Part shown: positions 27,387 to 40,769 of the stretch, in pieces | Layout of the letters: every line of letters begins with the position of its first letter | Position numbering within the stretch: position 1 is the first letter of the stretch | DNA from: the human T2T-CHM13v2.0 reference genome, Homo sapiens | NCBI RefSeq assembly: GCF_009914755.1 | Contig: NC_060925.1 | Reading direction: 5' to 3' (one strand) | DNA: 64,000 nt | Notes under the pieces: model-generated | Told to the model about the DNA's origin: nothing | Databases searched by the model: none | The model's input: only the letters and a program-made list of their open reading frames with translations | Position numbers and translations under genes: made by a program

Positions 27387-29400
27387 GTTGGAGTTCTTAA
27401 TCTTTGGTTTTTCATATTTACACATAATCATAGCCAAGATGGAGAATTTAATGGCTAAAAGTTTTAAGTTTTCCACTCTTCTGGTACTGAATTAAAATGA
27501 AAATAGAAGGTCCAGCTTGATATTAAACATTATTCCTAAAATGCAACACTACTCATTTAAACAAGGCAATTAGTGTCTACTTGTTTGGAAGCAATACCAA
27601 GTGAATTCCTCACAGAAATCAGCAGATAAAATGTCATATGTCCAAGAATTCTTTTTTAACATCTCTGAACAAGCAACTAGAGCAATATAATTGGCTCAGA
27701 ATTTTCTTCAGAGTAGATCATCTCAATTACAAATTTTCTGGGACAAGTGTCCAGGGATTACTTGCTTTATTTTTCCATTACATCAAATTTCTGTTGTTTG
27801 CCAAGATTTACATATAATGGACAGAAAGTGCTTTGTACTGTAAAAAGCCAGTGGTGTGAGTCCAGACCCCTGGATCTTGGTCCTCGGTCTGCCATTAACT
27901 ATGTGACCTAGGCAAAGAACTTCACCTCTGTGGACCTTCATTTCTCCACCAGGTAGAGACAGAAAACTTCCAATGGCCCATCTGGTTCTAAAATTTCAAG
28001 AAAACCAAATTGCCTTTTAAAAGTCTTGAAACTATTAAGAAAAAAGAAAAATGTATTTTTTCAATGCTCTTTTTTAGTAATTGCAGAAATTATTCACATT
28101 AATTTTTAAACTAGAGAGAGTGAACAATCAGCATTCACACTGGTGTGAATTATAATTTTTATGATGAAAGTTCAGATAAAGATAAAGGAAAACTGTAATG
28201 TCAAAGCCTAATAATGAGAGATTTTGAAACCATAGGCTTTCTGGCTTACCAATGGAGCATTTATTCAATCTAGGAAGACAGCAATTATACCCATCTGGGT
28301 TATTCTGGTTCAGATTTAGAAAATTAAATGCAAGGGCCTGCTTTGGAAAAGGGAGGAATGTCTCCTAGAAAAGTAATTAAAGTGATAAAAGGACAAGTTC
28401 ACATTTAGGAAATTTCTGCCTATGATTTTTGTATTTAAGAAACCTAACAGAGAGAGAGAGAGAGATGGAGAAATGAGCAAGACTCATTCACCAGTGTGCC
28501 ACAAGAACCAGATCTAATAGCCCTTCGCTTTCTCCACATGCCAGCTTGTGATCTACCTGTGAAACTAGGAAATCTGGCTCTATGACCAGCCCACTCTGTC
28601 TTCTAATAGGTGCTAACTCTGAGACAATAACTACCTAGGAGATAATCCTCAAAATCACATTTTCTAAAAAAGCCTTGTTAATCCTTCCTTACCTCACTCC
28701 CACTCTGCAGCTCCCTCATTCTATTCCAAACAAGCTGGCCTTGGCTTATGTCATTTATCTCCACAGGGCCTGCAATACTACCTGACTTAGCAATTAGGTA
28801 ATTCAGACAATCCATGCGTGGGTAAAAAATAAGTCACAGTGAGTCCCCTTAAGGGTTCATAGTCTAATAAATAAGATGAGCTTCATATACCAATAAATAT
28901 AGGGCGAAGCACAATATGATGAATGTCGAAGGATTGATAGAAATAAAATCCTATAGGAGATCAGAGGAAGGGGAGATTTTTTACAACTGGTAAATGAGAT
29001 GGACAGCAGAGAAACCTTCATGGAGAAAGTAATATTTGAATTTTGAAGGATGGGTAAGGCTTAGACAAACAGAGAAGACTAAGAAGGCTTAGATAAATGG
29101 AGAAGACAAATGTAAAGCCTTCTAGGAAAACTAAAGAGTACGATAATAAAGTCAAAGAGTCAGGGATTCACAAGGACCTTTTGGGGAGTGGTCTTGTTTG
29201 GGTGGAGGATGGAAAATTGTGGAAGCTAAGGCTAGAAAGGTAACTTAGAACTGCATCATAATTGCTCCTAACACCAAATCAAGGATTCAGGCATCACTGA
29301 AGTCTTTTTAATGGCGCACTGGGGAGACAGGGGCAGAAGGGAAAAGACCATGTGATGGGAGCTGTATTCTCCAGAAAGTAAGAGCTGTTTTTCTTAACAG

Positions 29401-29616
29401 CTTGAGAGTAAGGGATTAACCCTCCAGAACAGCCAGTGGATGAATGGCACAGTGATCGTGGACAGCACCGTGGGAAAGGACACTTTGTTTCTTATCACCT
29501 GGACAACGCAGCCTCCCCAAATCCTTCTCTGGGATCCCAGTGGACAGAAGCAAGGTGGCTTTGTAGTGGACAAAAACACCAAAATGGCCTACCTCCAAAT
29601 CCCAGGCATTGCTAAG
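29401..29616 (+). CDS. CLCA1: CLCA1 coding exon 10
   Basis: ttaacag|CTT; LESKGLTLQNSQWMNGTVIVD...IPGIAK; AAG|GTATGG. Confidence 0.98.
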
Positions 29617-30203
29617 GTATGGAGTCAGCTTTTTTTCTTTCTCATAATTCAACAAGATAAAATAAAGTTTTTACAGAATAATTGTAGCATTTTAAATGTT
29701 GGTGGTTGCTAAAAGGAGAGTCAGTATTGAATCAAAGAGAGAACGAGGAAAAAAAATATCCATCCAATGAAAATCACTCAGTATGTCAGCAAGTAAAGAC
29801 AAAGGAAATAGGTGATATTTTGTCCAGGTACTAAATGGAGAACCTTTAAATTACATAGTAATCAAGATGCAAAATGATCCTCGACATTTTGGGATCATAA
29901 AAGTTATTTCCTTTATCTCAGAGACTCATCTCTTATAAAACCAAGGCAACAATAAGCATATAGCTTTCAGACCTCACCATCCCCCTCCCACCCGCCGTGG
30001 AATTTTCTTGACAATGGGAATGATATAGTTAGTTCAAACACACTGAAGCTCCCCGTGGCTGACAGAGTATCAAACATGCACACCTCTTCTTAGATATGCT
30101 TCCAACATGCTTATATCAGAGGGTTTTCCTGTACGTGACATTGAAGTCAGGTCTGTGTCACCTGAAGTTATTCATTGGAAATGTTTACATGTGTTTTGGT
30201 CAG

Positions 30204-30465
30204 GTTGGCACTTGGAAATACAGTCTGCAAGCAAGCTCACAAACCTTGACCCTGACTGTCACGTCCCGTGCGTCCAATGCTACCCTGCCTCCAATTACAG
30301 TGACTTCCAAAACGAACAAGGACACCAGCAAATTCCCCAGCCCTCTGGTAGTTTATGCAAATATTCGCCAAGGAGCCTCCCCAATTCTCAGGGCCAGTGT
30401 CACAGCCCTGATTGAATCAGTGAATGGAAAAACAGTTACCTTGGAACTACTGGATAATGGAGCAG
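30204..30465 (+). CDS. CLCA1: CLCA1 coding exon 11
   Basis: ggtcag|GTT; [13 protein letters not shown]...LELLDNGA; G|GTAATC. Confidence 0.98.
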
Positions 30466-31522
30466 GTAATCACCCAAGAAATTGGAAGATATTTATTTCT
30501 TTTTCCAAGAAGCAACCAGGGAATGCCAAGAGGGCATGGTCTGGTGAGGGCAGTTAGACAGGCAAGGCAGCACAGCACTGAGGTCTGGTTGGGAGAGTTC
30601 TCCATTTCCCCACAATTCCTACATTTCAAAATGCTGGAAAACATGAGGGCTTCTGCAAGGCCCAAAACACATTAACAGCTCAAGCTCAATAGATTCAGTC
30701 TCTGGGGAGTTGCCATAGGGTATTCCACAACCCCCAAAAAAGGAAAAGAGGAAAATTAATAACCATATTGTGTTAGGTGCTTTGTATATACACATACATA
30801 CATACACACATATGAGTGTGTGTGTGTATACACAAATACATATATACAAAGATGTATATAACCTTTGTTTTTATAATATCTTCACTGAGGCTTTCACATT
30901 TAGAAAGCAGCAGAGATAGATTCAAGCACAGTCCTATATGATTCCTGTATCTATGCAGACTCTATATTAGCTTGCCCCAAAAGTGAAAATTCTGCCCATT
31001 ATTCTTGTCTTTAAGAAGTCTATCAGGGAGAGAGAGAAAGAGAATTCTACAGTTTAAAAAAAAAAAAAAAAACATGTCTGCTTACTGTGAAGCAAGTAAC
31101 CTTAATAGAATGAATCCTGTGAATGAATTTCCCACCTAAATCTACCCTGGGGAGAAGTGATGAATTTTATTAAATAATCATACAACATTTTTTTCTTCCA
31201 CATTTGCATATAGCAGTTTAATTTAGTTCAACAGATACTTATTGAGTAGTTACCTTGTGCTACATTGGGTGTAACACAGAAACGATACCATCTTAGATTT
31301 CAAAAAGAAAGTCAACAATTCAAGAAGACAGAATGTATACATAAAACCACACACAGTGATAAAAGAAGTAAGCCTTACCCTCAACACACCAAAATCTTAA
31401 GGTCTCTTGGAGCTAATGCTGAATTTCTTGTTGCTTTGAAAATTCATAGCCTACATATGAGTTGGAAATATACAAATACCCTCCCCGTTACCTATTTATT
31501 AATTCCTTCATTCTTTATCAAG

Positions 31523-31693
31523 GTGCTGATGCTACTAAGGATGACGGTGTCTACTCAAGGTATTTCACAACTTATGACACGAATGGTAGATACAGTGTAA
31601 AAGTGCGGGCTCTGGGAGGAGTTAACGCAGCCAGACGGAGAGTGATACCCCAGCAGAGTGGAGCACTGTACATACCTGGCTGGATTGAGAATG
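31523..31693 (+). CDS. CLCA1: CLCA1 coding exon 12 (self-cleavage region near [11 protein letters not shown])
   Basis: ttatcaag|GT (AAG acceptor); [16 protein letters not shown]...YIPGWIEN; G|GTAAGT. Confidence 0.97.
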
Positions 31694-31789
31694 GTAAGTA
31701 ATTTGTAATAACATACCTGGCTTGTGCAAAAGCATTGGTTTCAAGAGGAAACTATTAAGCCTGTGGGGCAGAATGGTGCATGATTAAAT

Positions 31790-32004
31790 CAGGGTTTCTC
31801 AACCTTGGCATTATTAAGATTTTGAGCCAGACAATCCTTTGTTGTGGAGGGCTATCCTGCACATTGTGGCATGTTTAGCAGCATCCTTAACCTCTATCCA
31901 TTATTTGTCAATAGCAATTCCCTAGTCATGACAATCAAAAATGTCTCCATATGTGGTCCACTAACCCTTAGGGGGGCAAACTAGCCTCCAGCTGAAAATC
32001 ACTG
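31790..32004 (+). mobile_element. MER20 (hAT-Charlie) DNA transposon
   Basis: cagggtttctcaaccttggc...tgaaaatcactg termini and a typical MER20 body. Confidence 0.8.
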
Positions 32005-32745
32005 GATAGAACATAGCTTTTGACTGCCTTACTTCAAAGCCCAGCCCTCTATCAAATACAGTATTTTGTGTAATCTTTTTGTACTTCACTCTCCTCTGTT
32101 GTAAAATAAGGATAATAATGGCAGCTACCTCATAGGATGGTCACACAGAATAAATAACTAAACACATCTAACAAACTGTTACTGGTAAATAGTGTTTAAT
32201 AAAGGTTTTATCATTATTTTAAAAACACTTCTAATGAAGTTCTTTCCATTGAAGCATTTCTAATTTATCCTAATGAATCTGTTCCACAGAATAAAAAACT
32301 AATAATTTAGGGTTTGTTATCTACATCAATATCATTATCCAAGTCCACTGTCTGTCTTTCCTCTTTTCTCCTCCTGCTCAGGCCAGGGAGCATAGTAGAT
32401 GAATTTCATGTGGGCCAGCACACTGAGCCCACGTGTAAGCAGGTGGGAAAATTATGTCCATGAAACAGACAGTCCCATACCACTTTTGGTTACAAACACT
32501 TGCCCTGGACTAGAGAAGGAATTGAGACCAAGTTTGTGTCCCAATGGGTTCCAGGACTAGTTTTCCATCAATCTCCACCCTGTCCTGGGCAGGCTTTCTC
32601 CTGAGGTTGGTGTGCGGGAAGGAGAAGAGCTCCTTTGAGAACCTTCCCACTGTCATCTTTACTTGGGTGTGTGCTTAGTGAAGAGAGGATTCAGAGACAC
32701 ATGGTGTCACTCATGCAAAGGTGATAATAGAGGGAAATGTTTTAA

Positions 32746-33045
<300 letters not shown>

Positions 33046-33871
33046 CATGCCACTGCTTTTTGAGTTAGGGGAAGGAGGCAGAAGGGGACTGGTTTAGTGG
33101 CTAGGTCTAGCCTTATGGCAGCATTTTACTTACAGTAATATATTTCATTCTTGTAAGTATCCCTTTTTAAAGATGGGGAAACAGAAGCTAGAGAGCTTAT
33201 GGGTTCATATAACTAATAGTGTTAGTGCCTGGCATAACAGTAGAAGGCCATATTCTTCCCTCTATCCCTCGATAAGCCTTAATGGCAGTCTCTACTGGTG
33301 CTTTCAACATGAACCCTGAACCTGCTAGAGCATTCACTTCATCTTTGCCAAGACCAGATTAATGGGTATGAAGATTAAACGGTCTTTAACAGATAAAAAT
33401 TCTATAAAGAGGTAGAGTTTATGAGAAAACAAATTCTAAGTAATGCCATGTTAGGATCTTATGAGATATTTTTATTGAAAAGAAAAGAGAACCTGAGAAC
33501 TCTACAGATTGAACAGACCAGGGTATTTTTTAAATTCCAGGATTACTTTTATACATGTCTTCAACAAGAATGTGAATGAAATTGGGATCACTACAAGAAC
33601 TAGATTCCCATGCATTCACTGAGAAAATGAGAAGTCTTTCAAAAGCACAAAATTTTGGAAACCTAACATAAAACATTTTATTAAAAACTGAAATTTAATA
33701 AGAAAAATGAAATACAAACATCGAGAAAGTGAAAGAAATATGCATAAACAATCAAGGCATTCTTGAAGGTCCAGTTGATTAGTTGCCAAATAAATAGGAA
33801 AGATAATGAAACTCACACTATTATTTAGGAGGAATACATTTCTTGAGGCAGTCTGAGGTTTAAAACACTTA

Positions 33872-34170
<299 letters not shown>

Positions 34171-34175
34171 AGAAA

Positions 34176-34239
34176 GGAAGGAAGGAAGGAAGGAAGGAAG
34201 GAAGGAAGGAAGGAAGGAAGGAAGGAAGGAAGGAAGGAA
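34176..34239 (+). repeat. (GGAA)16 microsatellite in an Alu tail
   Basis: 16 perfect GGAA units. Confidence 0.95.
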
Positions 34240-34600
34240 AAAACAGATGTAGTATTTAAACTGACCTTGTGGAAAGACAAGATCAGGATGGGCAAAAAGA
34301 TGGGAAAATAAGCAATTTTAGGACAAATGTCATGAAAATAAATTCCAAAAGGTTATTCCACTAAATATCCAGGAAATATCTAAGAGATAAAAAAAAGAAA
34401 CTGTGATTCTCTGTTTTCTCTGTTCCCTCTGATGAAACCGTATTTGTGGTCTTGTCTCCAAATATTTAAAATTAATTCGTGTGTGGAAGGAAAGAAGCAG
34501 AAGTGGGGAACAGGAAGAGGGTGATCTGATAAGAAAACAGACGGAGGTGTCACCATTTAGTGATGTTGCTTACCATATTTTGAGTATTTTTTTAATGCAG

Positions 34601-34840
34601 ATGAAATACAATGGAATCCACCAAGACCTGAAATTAATAAGGATGATGTTCAACACAAGCAAGTGTGTTTCAGCAGAACATCCTCGGGAGGCTCATTTGT
34701 GGCTTCTGATGTCCCAAATGCTCCCATACCTGATCTCTTCCCACCTGGCCAAATCACCGACCTGAAGGCGGAAATTCACGGGGGCAGTCTCATTAATCTG
34801 ACTTGGACAGCTCCTGGGGATGATTATGACCATGGAACAG
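34601..34840 (+). CDS. CLCA1: CLCA1 coding exon 13 (FnIII-like)
   Basis: aatgcag|AT; DEIQWNPPRPEINKDD...LTWTAPGDDYDHGT; G|GTAAGC. Confidence 0.98.
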
Positions 34841-35682
34841 GTAAGCTGAACCTGGTGTGGACCCTGTAAAAGAGTTTACCAGCCAAGTAGAAGAGCAGAA
34901 GCGGGTGAGGCAGGCAGCCGTGTTCTGATACTTAGGGGGCAGAAGGCAGGAGGGATCTTGCCGGTCCTTTGAAATGAGGGATAAATGTATTTAAAGAAGA
35001 GAGATTTAAAACCTGAAAAACTGGTAAACTTTGGGAGTAAGAGGCTTCAGCCAGGAAGGGTAAACCTCACTTTGTTTCTGAAATCTTACCAAACTGTCCT
35101 TTGACAAACTCCATTTTCTGGGTAGCAGTGACTCCTGGGGAAGAACTGGAAATGGAGCATAGATGTCTGCAGAGCAGAGCTCTTTTGGAAGGAACCTCAG
35201 GTCCTACCAGACTTTCTCTCTCAAAGTGTGGTCTGTGGACTGCAGCATGTAGATACCATGAACACTTGTTAGAAAGTGTTTTCAGATCTGCATTTTCAGA
35301 TCCCTGGGTGATTTGTACACACATTACAGTTTGAGAAGCATTGGTGCAAACTGCCTCTATAAATAATAAAACAATAAACAGTTGTTAAACAGTCTCTTCT
35401 TTCTGCCGGGCACTATGGCTAGAAATGCTGACCAAGGCTTTACGTCATGCCCAATCCAGTTTTACGCTTATCACTGTGTCATTATATACAAACAAGAATG
35501 TAAAAGAGATAGTAATCCTTGTAAACAGGACCATCAGTTCATTTATTTGGGAACCTTATGGGGTGATGATATAATTTCTCATAGACTTTTAAAGCTTTTT
35601 AAATATTTTTTAAAGCTCTACTGCTTAAGAAGTTTCTTTAATATTTCAGAATTAAAGTCACATTCTTCTTTTTTCTTTTTAG

Positions 35683-36074
35683 CTCACAAGTATATCATTC
35701 GAATAAGTACAAGTATTCTTGATCTCAGAGACAAGTTCAATGAATCTCTTCAAGTGAATACTACCGCTCTCATCCCAAAGGAAGCCAACTCTGAGGAAGT
35801 CTTTTTGTTTAAACCAGAAAACATTACTTTTGAAAATGGCACAGATCTTTTCATTGCTATTCAGGCTGTTGATAAGGTCGATCTGAAATCAGAAATATCC
35901 AACATTGCACGAGTATCTTTGTTTATTCCTCCACAGACTCCGCCAGAGACACCTAGTCCTGATGAAACGTCTGCTCCTTGTCCTAATATTCATATCAACA
36001 GCACCATTCCTGGCATTCACATTTTAAAAATTATGTGGAAGTGGATAGGAGAACTGCAGCTGTCAATAGCCTAG
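35683..36074 (+). CDS. CLCA1: CLCA1 coding exon 14, to the TAG stop
   Basis: ctttttag|CT; AHKYIIRISTSILDLRDKF...WKWIGELQLSIA*; exon lengths sum to 2745 nt = 914 aa + stop. Confidence 0.98.
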
Positions 36075-36094
36075 GGCTGAATTTTTGTCAGATA

Positions 36095-36392
36095 AATAAA
36101 ATAAATCATTCATCCTTTTTTTTGATTATAAAATTTTCTAAAATGTATTTTAGACTTCCTGTAGGGGGCGATATACTAAATGTATATAGTACATTTATAC
36201 TAAATGTATTCCTGTAGGGGGCGATATACTAAATGTATTTTAGACTTCCTGTAGGGGGCGATAAAATAAAATGCTAAACAACTGGGTATACATGCATAAA
36301 AACTATCCATTCAAACCCAAAAATTTAATAATCATTGAGTCTTTTATTAATGAATTTGAATACTAGAAAGAAACAGGGCTTGCATCAATAAA
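36095..36392 (+). terminator. CLCA1: CLCA1 polyadenylation signals
   Basis: AATAAA at 36095, 36100, 36265 and 36387. Confidence 0.6.
36140..36263 (+). repeat. Triplicated TTCCTGTAGGGGGCGATA unit in the 3'UTR, with an internal inverted repeat
   Basis: CCTGTAGGGGGCGATA at 36158, 36211 and 36248; TAAATGTA/TACATTTA at 36177-36197. Confidence 0.9.
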
Positions 36393-38637
36393 TGGAAGTA
36401 TGTTTTTATTTGTTTTAAGGAGCTTTGCCAGTTAAAAACAACATGCAATTGCAGAAATCTAACAGAGTTGCTAAAAGTTGTTTGATTTCTTTTGGTGAAG
36501 AAAAGCCAATCTAAATTATTTAAATATAAAAGACATGACTTGTTTTATAGGAGTTTTGGACCAGCATCACTAGGAATATGTCTTATTTTCTCTAAATTTG
36601 AGCAATGATGGTGCATTTAAGGAAGAGATGGCATTGAAGAAAGAAAGAACAGCACAATGAAAATTCCCTAGGCACAGAAATGAACGTTATGTGCATGAAA
36701 TTACAAGAGTTAGTGATGCTTTAAGCCATGGCAGTGGGGATAAGGTGGGAAAGGTAGCTTCAGGCCAGGTGTGAAGGGAAAGTGATTGAGAAATAAACAT
36801 TTATTGTGTACTTTGTCCAAGGGCCCAACTAATGCCTTATGTGCATTAGTTTATTTAATGTAATTCAGTTCTTTCAACAAATGTTCACCAGCTGCTTATT
36901 ATTTTCCAGGCCAATGCTAGGTTCTAAGGATAGAAAGATGAGTAAGCATTGGCCTTTTTCCTGTATACTAAAAAGAGCATTTGAGGATTTATTTTTGAAA
37001 TCAGGAGGCAGATATGCTCAGAGATATGCTTGAGAAGGGAGTCTTTAAGAACCGCACGAAGGCCTTAATAAGTGTGAGAAAGACCAGCAGCATAACAAAT
37101 GAAAGGGGAAGGAGAAGAAGAGGAAAAAGGGTTGGAAGTGTAGGCCTAGCACTATGGCAGTCCTCGTGAAGGACTAGTCACAGATTCCAGTGCCTGCAGG
37201 TGTAGATAGTCCTGTGAAAATTGTTTCGAGTTCCCAGTTATTAGTACAATGAGTTCAAGATGTGGGTGGCTCTCTTTATGATTGAAAACAAAATATCTAG
37301 CATATCATTTCTGCGTAGACCCAAAATTTCTTTATTTGTAGACCTTTCTTATTTCAAAACCAGATTTGAGCCATCTTAGTGATACATGCAATAAACATAA
37401 AAATAAAGAAATAAAATATATAATAAAAACTAGAAGAAGTGCTCAGGTATAAACCTATAAAGAATACATGGGGGAAAAAAACTAGAGGGAAAACCACCAC
37501 ATCAAATGCATAATATAATGTTCTGTACAATTGCTACAGCCAAGTCACATATTTCACTTTGTGACAAGTAGGTAGGACAAATGAAGTGTATATAGTAACA
37601 AGATTAACAGAGTCTATAGTGAAAAGCAAGCCAGAAGCAGCTCAGGAGAAGCATGGCTTTTCCTAGTCGTGAGACCCACAAGAAGTTTTATCTGTGGATC
37701 CTCAGTTTATTAGGGCACTGTGATGTTAAGGGCCGCAGCCAAAGCAGCAACCGTATAGTAATCATAACAACAAGTTTAATATAGGGCTAATTACTTCCTT
37801 CACTGTAAGCCAAAGGAGTAACACCACAGCATTGTTCAGGAAAGGCAATTATACAGGGACCCAAAAAATGCGGGCCTAGCAATTAGCTCTTGAGCTTGCC
37901 CCAGAGGTAAAATTTGGAGTGAATGGATTGCATGTCCTTCAGGCTGTTTCCTAGGACCCGTATTTCTTACATATAAATTTGTTATAAAAACTGAACAGTA
38001 GAGAGTTCCAAGACTAGGAAGACCCTGATGTTCCCAAAGTCAGTACTGTTTATTGAGGGCACAACCAGTTGCTTTGCCAGCCAAATGGGCAGAGGGTTGT
38101 TGGGGGTGCATGGCAACAAATTCAAGCTTGTATACAAAGCATTTGAGGTCGGGGCATGGAAAAAGACGGAGGCACTGTGTGTATGTTATTTGTGCATGGA
38201 AATGTAACTCCTTGACCCTGAAAACAGGACAAGGAGTGGAGTGTGTCATGAGGAACGCTGAAAACAGCCTCCTGAGAATGTGGTTTGAATGCTTTTAGAA
38301 GGCCACAGGTGTGTCACGACCCGACCTCAAGAGGCCATCTAGTGGATGTTTGTAGTTTAACAAGCCCTTTCAATAAATACTTGGCGGATGGATTCTGGGG
38401 TGATACTCTCTCAGAAGAGTGGTCCGCCGCTCCGCTCAGCTGGAATTGTCTGAGAACTCATTCTGGGCGTTCACTGCAAGCTATAAACTCTACAAGTGGT
38501 GCGCCCGAAGTGATCGCCTTGAAGTTGCACGTGAAGGAGGAAAACTCCTTAATTTTTGGGGAATCCCAGTAAGGGACAGTCCTGATTGCCATTAGGAGGA
38601 CGGGACCCACGCGTAAAATACCAGGGGTTGGGTCATC

Positions 38638-39286
38638 ATGGGTCAGGAAATGACCAAAGAACAGAAAGTATTTTTTAAAACAGTGCAACAGCTACTTAAG
38701 GCTATCCAGTGCACTGTAGAGCCTGGAGCTCTACACAAGCTTATGCTTTTAATTCGGCAGGGATGCCCTTGGTTTCCTGATCAAGGAACCTTAGATTTAG
38801 AGTTATGGGAGCAGGTAGGTCGCTGCCTGAAAAGAGGATATGAGCAAATGTTACTATTTTGACCACCTGGGCGCGCTGGTACGCTCTGCGTTGTATCCTC
38901 TTTATCTGCCAGATTGCGGTGAGTCAGACGGCCCATTATCTCCACCTGAAAGGAATTCAGAAGATTTAAAGGGAGAGATTCCTCTCCCCTCTTCATTCCC
39001 TTCTATGGGGAATAAAGAAGAGATTTTTTCCAGTGAGGAAAAACAGGAACCAGAGCAGCAGGGGGGTGCTCCTCTCTCTACTTCATTCCCTTCCGTAGGA
39101 CATGAGCAGGATATTTTTTCTAGTGAGGATAAGGACGGACCAGAGCCTTTTCCTCCCCCTATAGAAAAGCCATTGCCCTCCTTTCTTCCACCCTTAAAGG
39201 GACCTGCATTTGTTGGCCCCGTTCAGCCAACAGCGCCTCCCATCCCCCTTAAGGAGATTGGAAACTGCCCAAGGGACGGTTCTTAG
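38638..39286 (+). pseudogene. gag 5' part (matrix plus proline-rich spacer), frameshifted
   Basis: MGQEMTKEQ...CPWFPDQGTLDLELWEQVG is a betaretroviral MA signature; PTAPP late domain. Confidence 0.9.
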
Positions 39287-40769
39287 ATAAGACCCCCGGT
39301 CAGCGAACATCTGTATGATCGGGTGTCCGCTTCTCCTTGACAAACTTCCCTGCTGGAGGGGTGCCTCCAAGAGGGAAGGAAAGTGGCTGAGTATGATTGT
39401 CTTCCTAATACGCAAGTTCTCATTTCCTACTTCCAGCATCAGCCTTTCTGGCCTTGTCGGTTTTCTGTTTCCCTGGAGTATAAGGGGAACTTACATGCTG
39501 CCTCCTGGGTTTTATCCTAGATAGCTCTGGCTTTCTTGCTGCCCGCAGAGGCCTGGGGCAGGAGAGTTGCTAAGATGCCATGGAGTGCCCATTTAGTCAC
39601 TTGCAGTCTGGGCAGGTTGCCCCTTTCTGGGTTTGTGGTGATGGAGGGGAGGTCAAGAGGCACAGACCGAGTCCCCGGGTGGCTGCAGGCAGCTCCAGCC
39701 GGGTCCTGAGGATCCTCCTCACCATGGTCACGTGCCTTAGTAACCGTGCCCGGGAAGTGGCCTGCTGCTTGCTGTGCTGCTGCTTTTCCTACTTCTGCCC
39801 TTCCCTGCCACCCCTCGCATGTCTCAGTTGACAAGCAATTCCTTGTCTTCCCTGGCCCCCTAGGGAAAGGGCTAAGAAACAGTCCATGTGCACGCCGACC
39901 TTACTAGCCTAAGGTGGGCAAAGTAGTGCGGAGGAGCCTAGAGTACGGAGCCCTGAGGGAGGAGCCCGCTAATAAGGGACGCTCTCCAGTAGCCATATGC
40001 TAAATGCTAACTAGGCTGAGGTGGATGAGCTCTGCCAGCTGCTGTCATCGTCAGAAGATAAGACGCAGCAGTAAGGAATGTTTGTTTCGCTTTTTTATAA
40101 AATGTTTAAAAACACTGGGGCTAAGAAACTTCAAAGCAGACACTGCGCTGCCTGTCTGCTCCTCCCCTGAGCCTCTCTGCTTGAGGGTGGTAAAAATAAT
40201 AAAAAGCGCAGTCTATTTTCAGTACCTTACCTAACAGGGTTGGCTTCAGGCGTAGGTGGCCTAAAAGATAAGCGGAGTGGTTTTCTCCCAGCCGGTTACC
40301 TTCTTCCCTCCAGCCTCTGCGCTTACACACGCACGTTACCACCCGGTCATTCTTTGGCCTCTTACTGCCACTTGTAGTCTTCCTTCCTTTCTTTCAGAGT
40401 AAGGGCAGCAACAAGTGGCAAGCTGTTAAAAACAGAAGCTGCCTAAGGAGCCCAGACCGAATAAAAGAAACTGGCCACAGCCCTACTTTCCCAAGCTCAC
40501 TTCTAAGACATTCCATCTAAAGGCTGATGCAGGAAAATGGCCAACACCAAAGGACATTTTAAAAAGTTTTTTGGGGTTTTTTCTTTTTTTTTTTTTTTAC
40601 ATACTTAAGCTAACTCAATGCAGGTTTATTATCCTGGCGACTTGCAGTCACATTCTAATGATTTTCAAGGGCCAAAATATAGTAATAATCATTTGAAATA
40701 TCCATCGCTTCCATGCCTTAGTTTAACAGGTAGGCTTTATCTTTTGCCATTTCTGTATTTTACATCTGT

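Noticed and set aside
35382-35682. 230-aa ORF suggesting an extended last exon or separate protein
   Set aside because: The upstream part is AT-rich intron with no CLCA similarity; the canonical acceptor at 35682 gives the exact 914-aa total
36140-36263. CRISPR-like repeat-spacer array
   Set aside because: Eukaryotic 3'UTR; the spacers are themselves copies of flanking sequence; no cas genes
39315-40342. Short ORFs in the proviral insert as a captured coding gene
   Set aside because: All are 105 aa or shorter, occur on both strands and have no recognisable domain; the composition fits UTR better
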